Part shown: in pieces, positions 1 through 13,213 of the stretch
How the letters are laid out: each line of letters opens with the position of its first letter
Position numbering within the stretch: position 1 is the first letter of the stretch
NCBI GenBank assembly: GCA_050230475.1
Contig: JBFLGF010000092.1
Span: 1-64,000 of the forward strand
DNA: 64,000 nt
Direction of reading: 5' to 3'
From: Ancylonema sp.
Taxonomy: Eukaryota
Notes under the pieces: generated by a model
Told to the model about the DNA's origin: nothing
What the model saw: the letters and a program-made list of their open reading frames with translations, nothing else
Database searches by the model: none
Program-made: the position numbers and the translations under genes

Positions 1-1699
1 CAACAGATAACAGGGCCAAAATTATTCCTACATCGTCCCGGACCCGGACCCGCCCAGTATCGGTCATCTAGGCCCGCAAAATAGGCCGCGATGGGGGTGC
101 GTATCCAATTCTGACATTTTTGTAGCGCCGGAGCCCGGCGCCCGCCCGTTATAACGCGAACATTTCAAATCTCCCCAAAAAAAACACGATATTAAGAAGT
201 GAATAACAAGTGGATTATTCATAAGTGGATTATTGACCAGAAATGAACGAGGGTTCATACGTTCAAAAGTTCATAATTGTGAAAGTGAACGGGCCAATTG
301 AACAAGATAAAGAGAGACGCATTTTATAAATGCTCAAATCCAATTTATGAACGGGGCCAAAAAACGAGATGTAGCACGAGCATGGCCCGGTGAGTTTTTT
401 GAACGGGATTTCCGGTATAAAGCATTTTTCTACCCCGCCCACTTCTCGGGTGATCATACAAAAGAGTGCGTTTTGAAGCTCTTGAGATCAGCTACCATTT
501 TAAATTCAAGTTGGTTCAATCGAATCAGTAAATCTTCAGCTACGTTAAACAAGCCTACCTATAATTTCGACAGCCAGAAGGTCCCCCCCTAGGGGCACAC
601 CCCCCCGTAATGGGAGACGTGCGAACGACAAGCTTGTTGTACGCGGAAATCATTCATTACAGGCGGTTCCGATAAATTATGCGAGGAAATCAGTATACGA
701 AGTATTGATCCGTGAAAAATATATAGAAATGGAATATTAATCAAGAGGAGCTCCATTGAATGTAAATTTATCCAATTATTATCATTACTTATTTATTACT
801 TATGCTGATATCGGGGGATTTTTTGGCGGCGAATTAATATTGAGAAAGGAAGTTTCTTTAAGCGATAAGTTTTATAATTATGTGCCTTTACATAGAGTGT
901 CGTTATGCCGACATTGAGGGCGGAAAAAAAAATAGCGAGGGCGATGCGGCACATTCCAATGTGAGCAATCGGTTGTTTGTGGATTGTGCTCACCGTGCGG
1001 CGCATTTGAATGGGCGGTCGGGACAAAATGCTAGTTTGCTAGTTACTTGGTTTCGGCACCGAGTTTCTGCGTTTCTGCGTTTCTGCGTTGCGCTACAACG
1101 TTATCTAGCACATGCGATAATCGCTAATACGTTGCGGTATGCCTTTTTTAGCCCTCCCCCCTCCGCCGGTTTCGTTGACGTGTGCGGAGTTACGGAGTGT
1201 CGATCGGATGTTTTAGAATGGGGTATGTTTCCGTTGCTCGTATTCTTGTCGTTCTTGTACTCAGATGGGGTTCCCATCGTGCTCATTTCCTAGGGCGATC
1301 TATTTTGATAATGGATAAAGTTTTTTTGAAAAATGTCGTTGGACTGAGATTATCCTTACAAGTAGGCTATTCATATCGAGGGAGCACTATAGGTTACTGT
1401 CTGTACTACAATGCCTATATTACATTTTTTGTAATGTTATGTATTTTGATCCATGACCATTGTCTTTGTACTACCTTGATACTTGCTCAACTCTCCGCCT
1501 TAAGTTATCTGGATGTATGCCATATACTGGCCCCATTACGCACTTGTATGGCTTGTATCACAATACAAACGTTAAATTGGACTATGATGCCAAAATAACT
1601 TACTCTAAATGAATGGTTCGGACATAAACACATAGGCACATAAATATGGGCACATAAATGAACTGATCAGATATCAAAACGCTATTTTTCCTCCACAAT

Positions 1700-1882
1700 T
1701 GTCAATATTTAAGGTCGCCAATGAGCGATATGATTTGGCCCCGAAAACACCTCCTATGTCGATCATGTTGACACCTCCTTCGTTTTATTTTTTTTTAATA
1801 TAACAATTGAATTGAGGGTTATTAATGGTCGGGGGGAAAGCCCTAAAAACCCGACCCGAGTCCGACCTAGACCCGACCCCTA
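1700..1882. mobile_element. Right-end fragment of a hAT-like element related to 24164-25851
   Basis: ttaaggtcgccaatga..tggc.ccgaaaa is shared with ~25703-25750; ends in ccgacccta with ACCCG repeats; no partner end or TSD located. Confidence 0.45.
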
Positions 1883-2293
1883 GGGGGTCTTGTACCTGAG
1901 CTGCGGGCTCCGAGTCTGTCCACGGGCTCGCGTTTTGGCTTGCGGGTATCCGCAGCCTCAGGAGAGTTGGGATCCCCGTCGCTCTGCGATTACGGTTATC
2001 CGGTCTTGGCACGCAACTTCATGCTCGAATCCCGCGTTTTGGTCTTGAAATTTGTCCGTTTGATGTACGACCTCGTCTTCCTCACGACTTCTGAACACGT
2101 GTGGGAATGGCGGGGCACGTGGTGAACACCTCGGAGGGGGGGCTTACTGAGTATGCGCGGGGTTTTCCAAACTAAGTGAATCATCGGCTGGGGGTTGTAG
2201 GAGGATAAATCGCATGTTGATGTTGGGGTATCTCTGAAATAAGATGTAGTTTACTTTACCAGCCAACGGATTTGGGGAATGGAATGAAATGAG

Positions 2294-5200
2294 ATGCAGG
2301 AGAACATGTCAGAAAATAGTGGGTTAAGAGCGACGAAACTGCGCGAAAGCTTCAACGCATTTCTGGGGAAAGTCGACACCTGCGACAAAGGGGTATGTAT
2401 TGATTTCCCACGACACGTTCTTAAGCTTTTGATCAGCGTCGTTCATGGGCCCCTCGTGCCAGTGGCGAGTAGAATCGAAGCGAATCTCGGTGTCGTTATT
2501 TGTGAAACCGACTCACAACACACGTGTATGACATCGAACCGCATCTTGGAATGATAGCACCCTGATGTAATCACATCAAAGCTGCTGTTCCTGTACGCTG
2601 TACTCAGGCCGGCCACCTCCAACAATTTACTCTCGATGAAGTCAGTTAAAAAATGCACATCACTGTCTTCACTCCGGAAACGCGCAGAGATGCGGAACCA
2701 CGTAATTCAAGCAACCATAACCGCGACCGGGACCTTGACAGTAACCGTAACCCTATCCTCTCGCAGACATTCGAGAGCTGTTTTTCGGGCGTTCCTCCTG
2801 ATCAGATTTCGTTCGCGTACACCCAATTCCTCCAGGTCAGCTTGCCATACTGCACCCGGCCCTGAAACAGCGGTTAACTGGTACCGTACCGCACCACACG
2901 TGCGGTGATCACGTATGCACCGACAGAACCGTCGGATCCTGTGTGGATGGCAATCTGACCTCCCCACTTTTTCCCCTTTCGGTTATGAGTTGTTTGGCCA
3001 AGAACCGTATCCTTCTATAACCTCAAAATTGACATTAGTCTTCTGGGAAAACGTCAAATCTTGACGCCCCGTTACCTTGTCACTCGTAACCTGTAACCTG
3101 TAACCCGTAACCCGTACCCTGCAACATGCTCCAGCGTAACAACTGTGGGGGGCAACCAGGCTGTACAGGCGGTTAGCGGCGGTTGCATGCCGTTGCCGTA
3201 GTACCTTTCCCTGACTGTGCTTCTGCTCTGCCGGGGGGGGGACCATTTCAGTTAACCGCGGTTTGGCACGAGAATTCTTTGGTAAGCCGTCTGAACACCC
3301 CGTAACCCCTAAACACGTCACTCTAATCTCTGACCAGCTAACCAGCTGACCAGCCAACCAACCAACCAATCAACCAACCAACAAACCGATGCAGGGTTCG
3401 GGAAACGGAAGCGGAGCGTACGGTTCTGTATGCGAGGGGTGATAAATTCACCACACCTATAGTTACACCTCAGGAGGCACTTCCACATTTTCTTCTTTCA
3501 CCACTGAGTCTGATACATAACATCAAAAATCACAAAAATCAATGCCATGTGATATGAACGGGTAACGGGTAACGGGTAACGGGTTGTAGATAATTTTAGT
3601 GAACCTGGTAACGGTTAGCAGTTAAGAGATTTAGTCCATGAGGGACCAGGAGAGATTAGGAGGGGGGTTTGTACAATAATACGTTGATTTGTTGTTACAG
3701 TTGAAAAGTTTTTTCAAGACGAGGTTCCTTATATCGAGGGTTTTTAGTATGCGCCTGAGTATGCAATATGGTGGGGAGAAGAGTCTACAGAACCAGAAAA
3801 ATAGAAACCTAGAAAAAACAGAAATAGGGATTGGGGTTTACGAGGAGGGAGGAGGAGTGGCGGTGATTTCAAATAACCTTTTTTTAGAGTGTTAAAAACA
3901 AATGAATGAACTGAGATGAACAATATTAAGTCAAGTGTTGTTCCCAAACAAAGGGAGTGTCGTCCATCTTCCATCATGGAAAGTGGAAGATAGGTTGGTG
4001 CTACTTCAGGGTGATTTCAGGGTGGTTTTAGCGTGAGTTGAGGGTGATTTTAGGGTGACCTTAGGGTTGTTTTTGGGTGAACATAGGGATGTTACAGGGT
4101 TGTTTTTGGGTGAACATAGGGATGTTACAGGGTTGTTTTAGGGTTATTTTGTACCCTGGAAAGGTCAAAGGTCAAAGGCCGACTGTTGGATGTGCATCCG
4201 AGTTCTGCCGAAAATTCATTTAGTGCAGAGGAGCCTAGGGATGAGAATTTAGGGTTTAGGGTTTATGGTTTAGGGTTTATGCTTTTGAGTATCATAGATT
4301 CACATTTTGGGTTCCTGTGGTCGCAGGAGGAGTTTGACGACATTTGTGCAGAAATCCAGGTAGGCCTTCCCTCCTTCTAGGGGGGTGTAGATCTCTCTTC
4401 CTTCCTTCCTTCTTTCCTTCCTTCCTTTCTCCTTACAAAGAGTAGGCCTCTATAGATATCACAATCAAATCCGAGCAAACAACACCCCCTCCCTGACCCC
4501 CATATCTCACGCAGCCTGTTGAAATTGGTATAGTTTTATATTCACATCTTTGTGGGTATATACTCACTTAAATTTTGTTCTTATTTTCCTCCCCCTCAGC
4601 TCCCAGAGGCCCTCGCCAAACTGGAGGCAGCGATTTTGAGCCATAGGGGGGAAAAGGAGAAGGGGGGGGGGGGGGGGGCGTTGAGGTGACTGACTTAACC
4701 ACGGGGCTAACCAGGGTCACGTTCCTACATCCCTGGTCAAGGGTAGAGGGCTTTCATTCTTCAATCCATTGATTCATTGAATCATTACATCATTAATTCA
4801 TTCATTTATCAATTCAACTCATGTGGTACAAACGAAACATGGAAGGGTGGAAAAAGACAATGGTGGCCGTCATTTTGGCAAAAAATGGGTTGTATTTTAG
4901 TAAATCCGAATCCGTGATTGTTGTTATTATTTTCACAAATCGGTTTAATTTATTTGCAGTTCTCGTCATGACGAGTACTCTTGCTTTCGTCGTCATTATT
5001 ATGTATACCATAATTAATATTAATGTAATTATTGTTATTTATACTATAATTGTTAGTTTTATTGGTTTCATCATTATCATTATTTTGAATATTCTTATTA
5101 TCTTTATTACTACCAACACTATCATAATCATTATTGTTTTTCTTGTCATTATGATTATCAGTATTCTTGTTCTTATTATCAGTATTGTTATCAATATTAT

Positions 5201-6774
5201 CACCATTGTTTTTATTGCACTTATCATTATTACAATTATTGCACTATCATTTATAATTGTTATCACTACTCAAGTGACATCATCAAATTCTGCAACACCA
5301 AAATCGATATTCATCATCCCGAACATTGATTTGATCATACCCATCACTAATAATGTTATTACATTCAACCATCGTCCTCATTCTTATTCTCATTCTGATT
5401 CTCATTCTCATTCTCTTCCCTTCGTCGTGGGGAATCGTCCAATTCCTTGTCCCACATCTTAAAAAAAAACCCAAAAACCCCAAAAAAAAAAAAAAAAAAA
5501 AAAACTCATCTATCATTCTCATCATCGTTGTCACGACTGCGTGATTCTGAACATAATCTTATCAAAATTTTCTCACCATCCCCCCCCCCCGATTTTGCTT
5601 TGTTAAGAATTGTCGGTGCTAAGGCCAAAGAGGCCCTCAATCTTTCCGAATCCCAGCAGTTATCAGAACTCGAACAGTGCATTCACCTCGAAAAGGAGCG
5701 GATACAAGCGGTAAGAAATGCTATGCCACCTGTCTTGCCACGTGTCCTGACAAGTGGCAGCGCCAGACTGGTGGTGTGTAGACGGGATTCAGAGATATAT
5801 TTATTCCCCCTCCACCCCTTTGATTCAGAGATGGCTTTATTGCCCCCCCCTCTCCCCTGATTCTTTCTTTTTCTAACAAAGTCAAGGTCTGTACAAATTG
5901 ATAGCTCTGGTTTGTTAATGCATGGGGGAGTGTGTTACCCTCATAGTCACCCCTGGTTTGACTCGACATCTGTAGCCCCTAAATGAATCAATCACTCATC
6001 CTGAATCCAATAAAAATATACTTTTCAATCCTCAACGGATACATCGTTTGCGGTAAGCTACAGTTATGCTACAGTTATGCTACAGTTACGCTACAGTTAC
6101 GCTACAGTTATGCTACAGTTACGCTACAGTTATGCTAAGGACACTCACGTGGGAAAATCCGCCTACTGTCCAGCTGCCCGCAAAGCGAAACCACGGTCTC
6201 AAGCCTAACAGCTGGCAGCGACAGTGGATGATGTGATGACGTCAGCACGAGCAGACGGATGTACAAAGAGGCTGTCATTGTAGCACGAAAGGCTGTCACT
6301 ATAGCATTTTTATGTTTCCCTCTGCCTTTTTTTCTTCCAGGTGAAAGTAGCGGAAGCTGCCGTCCGTGTCCAGCTGGCAGCGAAGATGGCGGAGGGAGCG
6401 GAGATTGAGGCTGGATATCAATCGGCATCGCAGGAGACAAGACAGGTGGGGGGGGAGGGGGTGGAAAGGGACAAGATTAGGACAAGGAGTTGGAGAGAAT
6501 TTTATCGGTGTGCTGTTGATGTTTTCTTTCATTACTGCTCAAATTGGAAAATTGTCAGGGGAAAACAAACACCGTGTGTTCATTATTAAATGTATTAAAA
6601 AAAAAAGAGACTCAACCACATTTGTTTCTTGCGCCTCAGCAACACGAAGCCTTGCATTGGGCGTCGAGAGCTTCCTCGGTGCATCGAAGGAAAAGTCAAC
6701 ATTTGGCGTCAATACCCCCAACCAGCCCTACTGCACCAACCGCATTCGCTAATCTGAATGGGAATGCGTGTTAA
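2294..6774 (+). CDS. NNF1: Kinetochore Mis12-complex subunit Nnf1/PMF1-like, 8 exons, ~219 aa
   Basis: Phase-consistent GT-AG exons 2294-2392, 2767-2835, 3252-3281, 4327-4359, 4600-4685, 5608-5710, 6341-6445, 6640-6774. Translation RATKLRESFNAFL..TFESCFSGV..AYTQFLQ-LTAVWHENSL-EEFDDICAEIQLPEALAKLEAAI plus C-terminal coiled coil resembles recalled plant Nnf1 (F..CF, LHE.IE.EF). Last exon least certain. Confidence 0.8.
4248..4278 (+). repeat. Interstitial telomere-type (TTTAGGG)n repeat in NNF1 intron 3
   Basis: tttaggg tttaggg tttatgg tttaggg ttt; degenerate TTAGGG-like units also at ~4005-4145. Confidence 0.75.
4960..5420. repeat. Degenerate (ATT/ATC/GTT)n low-complexity tract in NNF1 intron 5
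   Basis: Trinucleotide-periodic AT-rich sequence ending in (ATTCTC)n; source of spurious Ile-rich ORFs. Confidence 0.85.
6056..6137. repeat. 11-bp tandem repeat (GCTACAGTTAY) x~7, NNF1 intron 6
   Basis: Directly visible tandem units. Confidence 0.9.
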
Positions 6775-7222
6775 AATAATAGTAGGAAAAAAAATGAAAG
6801 AGAAGAAGCGTACAAATAGCACTCGTAGTTTTTATGTCTTATACTCCGTAGCGCTATGTATGGTATTTGTGTTTAGTAAAGCCATGTGAGCGGTTTGTAG
6901 GTTTACACGAAGACACTTTCCCTAGTCATCGTTATGTTTGTCCATAATTCTGCTTTCGGCGCAAAAATAAGTGTGGGAGTGATGAGGTGCAGAGATAGTG
7001 GGGGAAGATTAGCATTCGCGTGTTTATAACACAGAAGAAGTCGTGATGAAAGGGGTGGATTTGATTCGCCAACCTTCGCAGTCTTCTTAATATTAATATC
7101 GTAGTTCGAGTTCCGGTTTGGGAAGTCTTCGTTGTCGTGTCGTTAGCTATTCAAAGTCAAATTCGAGGGGTGAATGTGGTGTTTCCTCCTAGTTGTTTGA
7201 GCCGAAGCTTTCTCTACATGTA

Positions 7223-7386
7223 CACTCAAACCCCGATGAAAGAAACTACCCTATGAGAAACTCTTCGCTATAAGGAAATACTTTTTGGTTTGTTTTTGGG
7301 GTTGTTGCACGCAAAGTGTGATTGAACATGAGAAACATTCGTTATAAAGAAACAAATTCGCAGTGTCTTGTATGGGGGTTTGACTG
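7223..7386. mobile_element. Tc1/mariner (pogo/Tigger-like) MITE
   Basis: TA|cactcaaacccc ... gggggtttgactg|TA; same end type as 31949-32007. Confidence 0.65.
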
Positions 7387-7650
7387 TATCCCGATTGTGG
7401 CGACTGATAGAGATGTTGGGGTGTTCTTATGTGCGCCTACTGTAAAACAAACTTTTGAATCTGGCGGACCCTTTGAGAGTTTGCCTAGTCCGTACACTGT
7501 TGCATTCCGGTCACATATAACAAAGTGAGCCCTCTTGTCGACAGTGCAAGTCGTTTGTTTCGGTGGTCACCAGGCCTTTACACAACGAGCAACGTGATTA
7601 CACCGCATAGGTTAACGATATCCGTTGATTGATTTTGTAGTCCTGAAAAC

Positions 7651-8686
7651 CATAGTTGCACGGACCGGCGGACCGGGGTCCCGAGGTCCTGACTCGGTAC
7701 CGAGGTCCGTCATTTTGTGTCAAAAATCCGGACCGACTGTTTAGGGTAATAACGGTTTTTGGGGGTTATAAGTTGATTTTCGTGGGAAAAAAAATCAGGA
7801 AGTATTTTTTTCGCTAGGCAAACAATATTTCACATCTTATGATTATGTCACAAAAATGTTAGACCCATCAATTAAGTAATTAAAACCTGCAATGCATCAT
7901 TGTAGATAGCGTTTTACACCACTTTCGAAAGAAATCACTAAGGAAAATGTTGTAGGTCATTTGGAATGGTTACATGTACTCCATATTTTTTCAATTTCCA
8001 TATGTTACACTGTAATTTTGAAATGATTCTCATGTGAGGCTGAAAAAATGTGATGAAGGGTCATCGTATCATGAAATTAAATAAAAATTAGAAACACCTA
8101 TATCAAACATCATCCTGACTTTTTTTTCCACGCTCACCACCTTGTTTTCAAGCTGTTCTCCACATTACAAATATATTCCTCATTACTAACCTTATCAAAA
8201 CCTTCCTTGCCTACAAAAGTAGTATGAAGTTCCGTACTTCTTTGAAACGAAAAAAAATACCATCACGACTTCTACACCCACAATTTGTGTTCTATTTTTG
8301 TTCTCCCCACTTCCCACTCCTCACTTGTCACACCCCAAAAATCATTCCTCACACCGAATGACACACTTCCAAGTACCGACTTACACCGAAATTACAACCA
8401 TTTTGTCAATTTGAATTTCACCCTCTCAATCAATGGACGGTTGGAAATGAACATACTATTTTGTTTATTTATTTATTTTTGCTACAACTTCGCAAGCCAC
8501 AAATGACACATATATATCACACGTGTGAGTTACAGGGAAAAAACATGTAGCCCCACGTCCTTTTTCCCCGCGGAAAATTTGCCTCGCAAAAAAACCCTCA
8601 GAGTTCCCCGGTCCGACCAGGTCCCGACTCGGGACCCGGTCCAACCGCGGTCCGAAAACCCAATGTTGCCGGTCCGTGCAACTATG
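7651..8686. mobile_element. Non-autonomous hAT element
   Basis: TIR CATAGTTGCACGGACCGGC/GCCGGTCCGTGCAACTATG; perfect 8-bp TSD CTGAAAAC; subterminal GGACC/GGTCC repeats. Confidence 0.92.
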
Positions 8687-8737
8687 CTGAAAACTCAAGT
8701 GAAAAATGACTCTCAATTGGTTTTCATTCGTTGGCAT

Positions 8738-9006
8738 CATAGCTAGGCGCACACAACTAAAACCGCGCACATGTTCGGAAAGTATGCGCGATGCGCACAT
8801 GTTCGGAAAATGTGCGCTCAACCCCGCGCACATGTGCGCGCCCAACCAGGAAAAAGTTATATAAGAAAAAGTACTCGCGTCTTTTCTATGAGCGGCGGTT
8901 TTTAATCTAGCTAAGATTTCAGATTTGGATTTTGCGAGGAGGTGCGAATGCACATATGTTCGGAACATGGGCGCCACTCTCGAGCGCATGTGCGCGCCCA
9001 ACTGTG
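8738..9006. mobile_element. hAT MITE, GCGCACATG family
   Basis: Ends catagctaggcgc..gcgcccaactgtg; degenerate TSD gttggcat/cttggcaa; related copies at 23416, 23915, 47029. Confidence 0.75.
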
Positions 9007-9014
9007 CTTGGCAA

Positions 9015-9239
9015 CACAGTTAGGCCTGATCCGATCGGGGAATGTGTAATTCGGGTCCGATCCGGATCGGACCCGAGCCGTATCCGATATGGATTGGAGC
9101 GCCACTTATAAGGTGAAAATCGATGGCGGCAGAAAAATGTAAAAAAAATGTAAAAATTATTTTAATCTAGTTGGGCCAGATCCAACCGGGTAATCTCTGA
9201 TCCGGAGCCGATCCGGATAGGGGATTGTGCCCAACTACG
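9015..9239. mobile_element. Old hAT MITE, GGATCCG family
   Basis: cacagttaggcc..gcccaactacg ends with GATCCG repeats; left part recurs at ~23737-23850 and right part at ~27606-27677. Confidence 0.6.
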
Positions 9240-9257
9240 GTCCACATACTCCGTGTA

Positions 9258-12225
9258 CCCGTACTGGTCACTAATAATGACCCGCAAATAATTATGAAAA
9301 GGGTGGGTCGGGTCTAGTGTTGGGGCCCACCCGCCACCCACATCCACCCGCGATCCGCTCGGGTCCGAAACCCACCCCACCCTGAGCACTTTGGCGGGTG
9401 CTATAGGGCCCACCCCCCACCCGCCCTCCACCCGCCTTCCACCCGCCCCACCCGCGATGCACCCGCCGACCCGCCAACAATGGCGGGTGGGCGGGTTAAA
9501 TGGACATTTTGAGTATGAAAACTTTTACAAAACAAAATACAAATGCAAATTAAGTATTATTTAACATACAAAATTAGAAGAGATGTCAAATTTCTCGGAT
9601 TTCGGACAATTTGCTCTGTACCTTTATCGTACATGGCATATTGCTTACTCTGTTCATGTTGTTTTCCGGGTTGTTCCATCAAATTATGCTTATTTTGCAC
9701 GTGTTATAATTGGGTCACCTGTAGGTGTTCCCCATGAAGACGGAGAATGTAACTGCCGTGATGGAGAGGGGGGAGTTCATCGCGTCGCGACTCGACGAAG
9801 TGGTGCGGATGTTGGAGGAGAAGTACGGAGTTCAAGTGCTCGCAATGACTTCGGATGCGGCTGCAAATTGCAAGTTGGGCAGGAAGATTGCGTTGAAGTA
9901 TCGGAAGGACATTCTTTCTTTGGATTGCGCTACCCATTTGGTGGTGCTGATTACATGATATTTTTTAAAGGTGGGTGAGACAATGTATTTCAATATAAAT
10001 ATTTAAATAATAAAAGTTTGCCAAATCTATATCATATACATATATGGTTCATATAAAAGGACGGTTCATCATTGTGACAACTTGAGCACGTGTGCACCGC
10101 GGCCATCGAGAAGGCGACAAATATCATCAACTGTTTCATGAGTCACTCGGTTGCAAACGAGAAGTTGAAGATGAAGGCGAAGGCATTACTGAAGAGAGTC
10201 GCTGCTTTCTTGGTGCTCCCTATGTCCAATCGTTGCAATTTCATGGCGGATGCAATCTGTGCACTTCTTGAGGTAGGGTGCTTTTTAGGTGGATTCCTTT
10301 GGGTTTTTTGGGTATAGTTTATTGCTTTGTGTTGTACTTGTTGTAGGTGGAGTTGGCATTGCACTCACTCGTAGTGGAGGAGGGCGACGCCTTTTTGAGA
10401 TCTCCATCAACACCGACTCTGAAGGAGAAAGTGAGGAGTTTGATCAGCTGGTGCAAGGACGAGGGGTTTTGAGCCCTACTAAAAATTGGTGAGCTAGTGA
10501 TATTTACTTGCTACAGCTTTAAGCGTCACCAGGAGTTTGTAACGTGCGGTGGGTGTGGTGGTGCAGGTTGCAATGGTTGTGGTGCCACTAAAGGTGGTCA
10601 ATATCATTCCGGAATTTGATAAGGCGGTGGGGGACGTCTTCAAGCGCATCTGCCAACTTTTGGTACTGTGGAGGATGAGGAGGTGAAGAACCTCATGCAA
10701 AATCCAATCGAGGTGTATGCTGCCTCACTTGTGTTTTTCGTTACGTTTCGCTAACCACTATCATTTAAATATTTACAAGCTCGGTGGAAGAAGATGGATC
10801 AGGAAGTGTTCGTCATAGCATACGTGTTACAACCAGCATTCAGTGTGGAGGGCTTGAATCCGAGGGCAATCAGATGTGTATATCTGATGATCTGGTGAAG
10901 GACATGCTACGTGAGTGGGGATGGCGGGTAAAACCGGCAGAGTGTGTTGATGGAGTGAAGGTGCGAGTGGAGGATGTGCTGGAGGACGTTGAGCAAGGAT
11001 GCTCTACACATCGAAAATCCTCACTTGTTGATCATCAATAGCAGCAACCCTCTAAACTCATGCAAACCGTTGAGTTTCACGGACATGGAGAGCTACATGT
11101 AGAGAAGTTTCCAGTAGTGAGGTTTCCATTTTGCCTGGAAATTGTTTTGTGTCGCTAGTAGCACCGGTGTAAGTAATTATATATTTTTCATTTGCGAGCT
11201 CCCTTGCAAATAGGCACATAAACGTCTTCTTGTATTTATTGCATGTTGTTGACTACTAGTGAGTAGTTGAGTTTTGGCTGTAGATGAAAGAGATCGAGAA
11301 GTTGTGTCTGTAGATGTTCATCTAATATTGGTTAGTCGGCTATTATACTTAATGCAACAATGGTTCCAAATGTGCAACATTTTATTGGTCATTCCATGCA
11401 TTTCATTGCGTTTCATCCACACAAATAAACTAGCTTTGCTTCCTTACTTTGGGGTCGGTTACCGTGCGACAATATAAGTCACACTCTATATGGGCTACTC
11501 AACATGCGTAGCCAAGACTTGAATAAAACATCGCCCAATTAATGCCAAATTGAAAACGGGGTCAACCACGTGGAATTGCAACGGCCACCGCCACTCACAC
11601 CAAAAAAAAAACTCAATTAACATGGATGTATGCATGGAACTCCTCACGTGATACTTCCGAGTCCATGTTAATTGAGTTTTCCTCCTCACGTGATACTTCC
11701 GAGTAGTGTCCGTGTTGTGTGTTGTGTATGTAAAACGCCCTTGCAATAGGGGAAATGTAAAAATTGTCCGAAAATCGAGAAATTGGACATCTCTTCCATT
11801 TTTTTGTGTTAAATAATACTTTATATGCATTTGTATATTGTTTTGTAAAAGTTTTTATACTCAAAATGCCCATTTCACCCGCCCACCCGCCATTTTTGGC
11901 GGGTCGGCGAGTGCATCGCAGGTGGAGAGGGTGGAAGGCGGGTGGAGGGCGGGTGGGGGGTGCTGGCGGGTCGAAGGCGGGTGGCGGGTCCGTTTTTTAC
12001 CCACCCGGAGGTATCTGGCGGGTGGGCCCCAACACTAGTCGGGTCAAATTAAATAATTCATTATTTTAGAAAAGTGGGTCATTCTATAATGTGGATCACG
12101 AAATTATAAATATTTTTCGGGATTTTGGGAAATATTATACTAGGTGCGCGGGTTGGGTCAAGTGGTGGTTTCTTACTAAATTAAAACGTTTAAAAAACCC
12201 GGGTCATTATGTATGGCCACTACGG
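9258..12225. mobile_element. Tc1/mariner-type MITE (CCGTA..TACGG, TA TSD) split by a hAT insertion
   Basis: 9258-9314 plus 12038-12225 rejoin into the same ~240-bp element seen intact at 25298-25538; TA on both sides. Confidence 0.85.
9315..12037 (+). mobile_element. hAT transposon with ~300-bp inverted ends and decayed transposase
   Basis: TIR TAGTGTTGGGGCCCACCCGCC; perfect TSD GTCGGGTC; internal peptides VLAMTSDAAANCKLG..LDCATHLV (hAT TD-NAAN and C..H motifs) and LVLPMSNRC (TRW-like) at ~9725-10273. Confidence 0.9.
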
Positions 12226-13213
12226 TACTTGCGAGTATTATACATGTATCGGGCACTCGGGACATTTGCTCTTTTTTGGCGCCTAATTTAGCTTGCGAGT
12301 CAATTTTGGAGCACCGACGGATCAACGGTTGGCCGATCTGTCGACGATATCGAAGAGACGACTTGTGTTGAGAAAGACTTTATCGAGAGCTCACCCTATC
12401 AGTAAAGTGATGTTACTCATGACATCACTAAGTCGGTAAGGAGGACAACACTCCCTGGTGAGTATAGTATTAGGAATGGCGATGTTCGTCATATCGCATC
12501 GTCCGTCATGGGCACGTCCCGCGGAGTTCTCCCATCGAGAGTGCCCCGAACGAGGAGGGATGTCTCCGAATTTTGCGACCATAGTTTGCGAACCTTGGCG
12601 AATCAAATTTCGCCCGGGGCGCCGCCCGGAGCACGTCCGCCGGGGGCGGCGCTTTGGGCGGGAAAACCGGGGCGGAGCCAAACGGGGCGGGGCGGGGCGG
12701 GGCGGACCTACATAGCTAAACAATAAATCCGCCGTAATGTGGAGACATGGTCGATATGGTCGATCTTGTTGTAAGCTGACTTCTTGTAGAGTCTCGGTGT
12801 CGGACGCCATACTCCACACGCCAGACATCATTTCTTGTCAACCATGAGTCGGACTTCGTGGCGAAGCATCGCATTATGCAAGAAAAACGAAAAACTAAAA
12901 AGTGTAAATTGGAATGTACATAAGAATATTACACGGATCAAGATTGAAGGCGTACTTATAAGTGTCATTAATACTCGAATCCTTGTTGATTTCTAAATCG
13001 ATTTACATAATCTACGTGGTCTTGGGGTCGTTCTACAAAAACCCTAAAAAACCTCCTTGGCTTCAACCAGGGCGGAGATGTTTTCGCCCGGGACGCCGCT
13101 TGGGGCGGGCCCACTCGGGGCGGGGCGAAATTTTTGGGGTGGAGCCAATTACGGGAATGGAAAAGGAATTCCGTACCGTTGATACGTGTAGGACGAGAAC
13201 ACGGTGTGGCTGC

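Noticed and set aside
3391..3443. ATG-initiated MQGSGNGSGAYGSVCEG, resembling a kinase glycine loop
   Set aside because: Stops after 17 codons, lies in an NNF1 intron, and no other kinase exons were found.
4248..4278. Chromosome end or telomere healing site
   Set aside because: Only ~4 imperfect units within an intron of an intact gene.
4821..5462. 213-aa Ile-rich multi-TM-looking ORF
   Set aside because: Translation of an (ATT/ATC)n low-complexity tract inside NNF1 intron 5.
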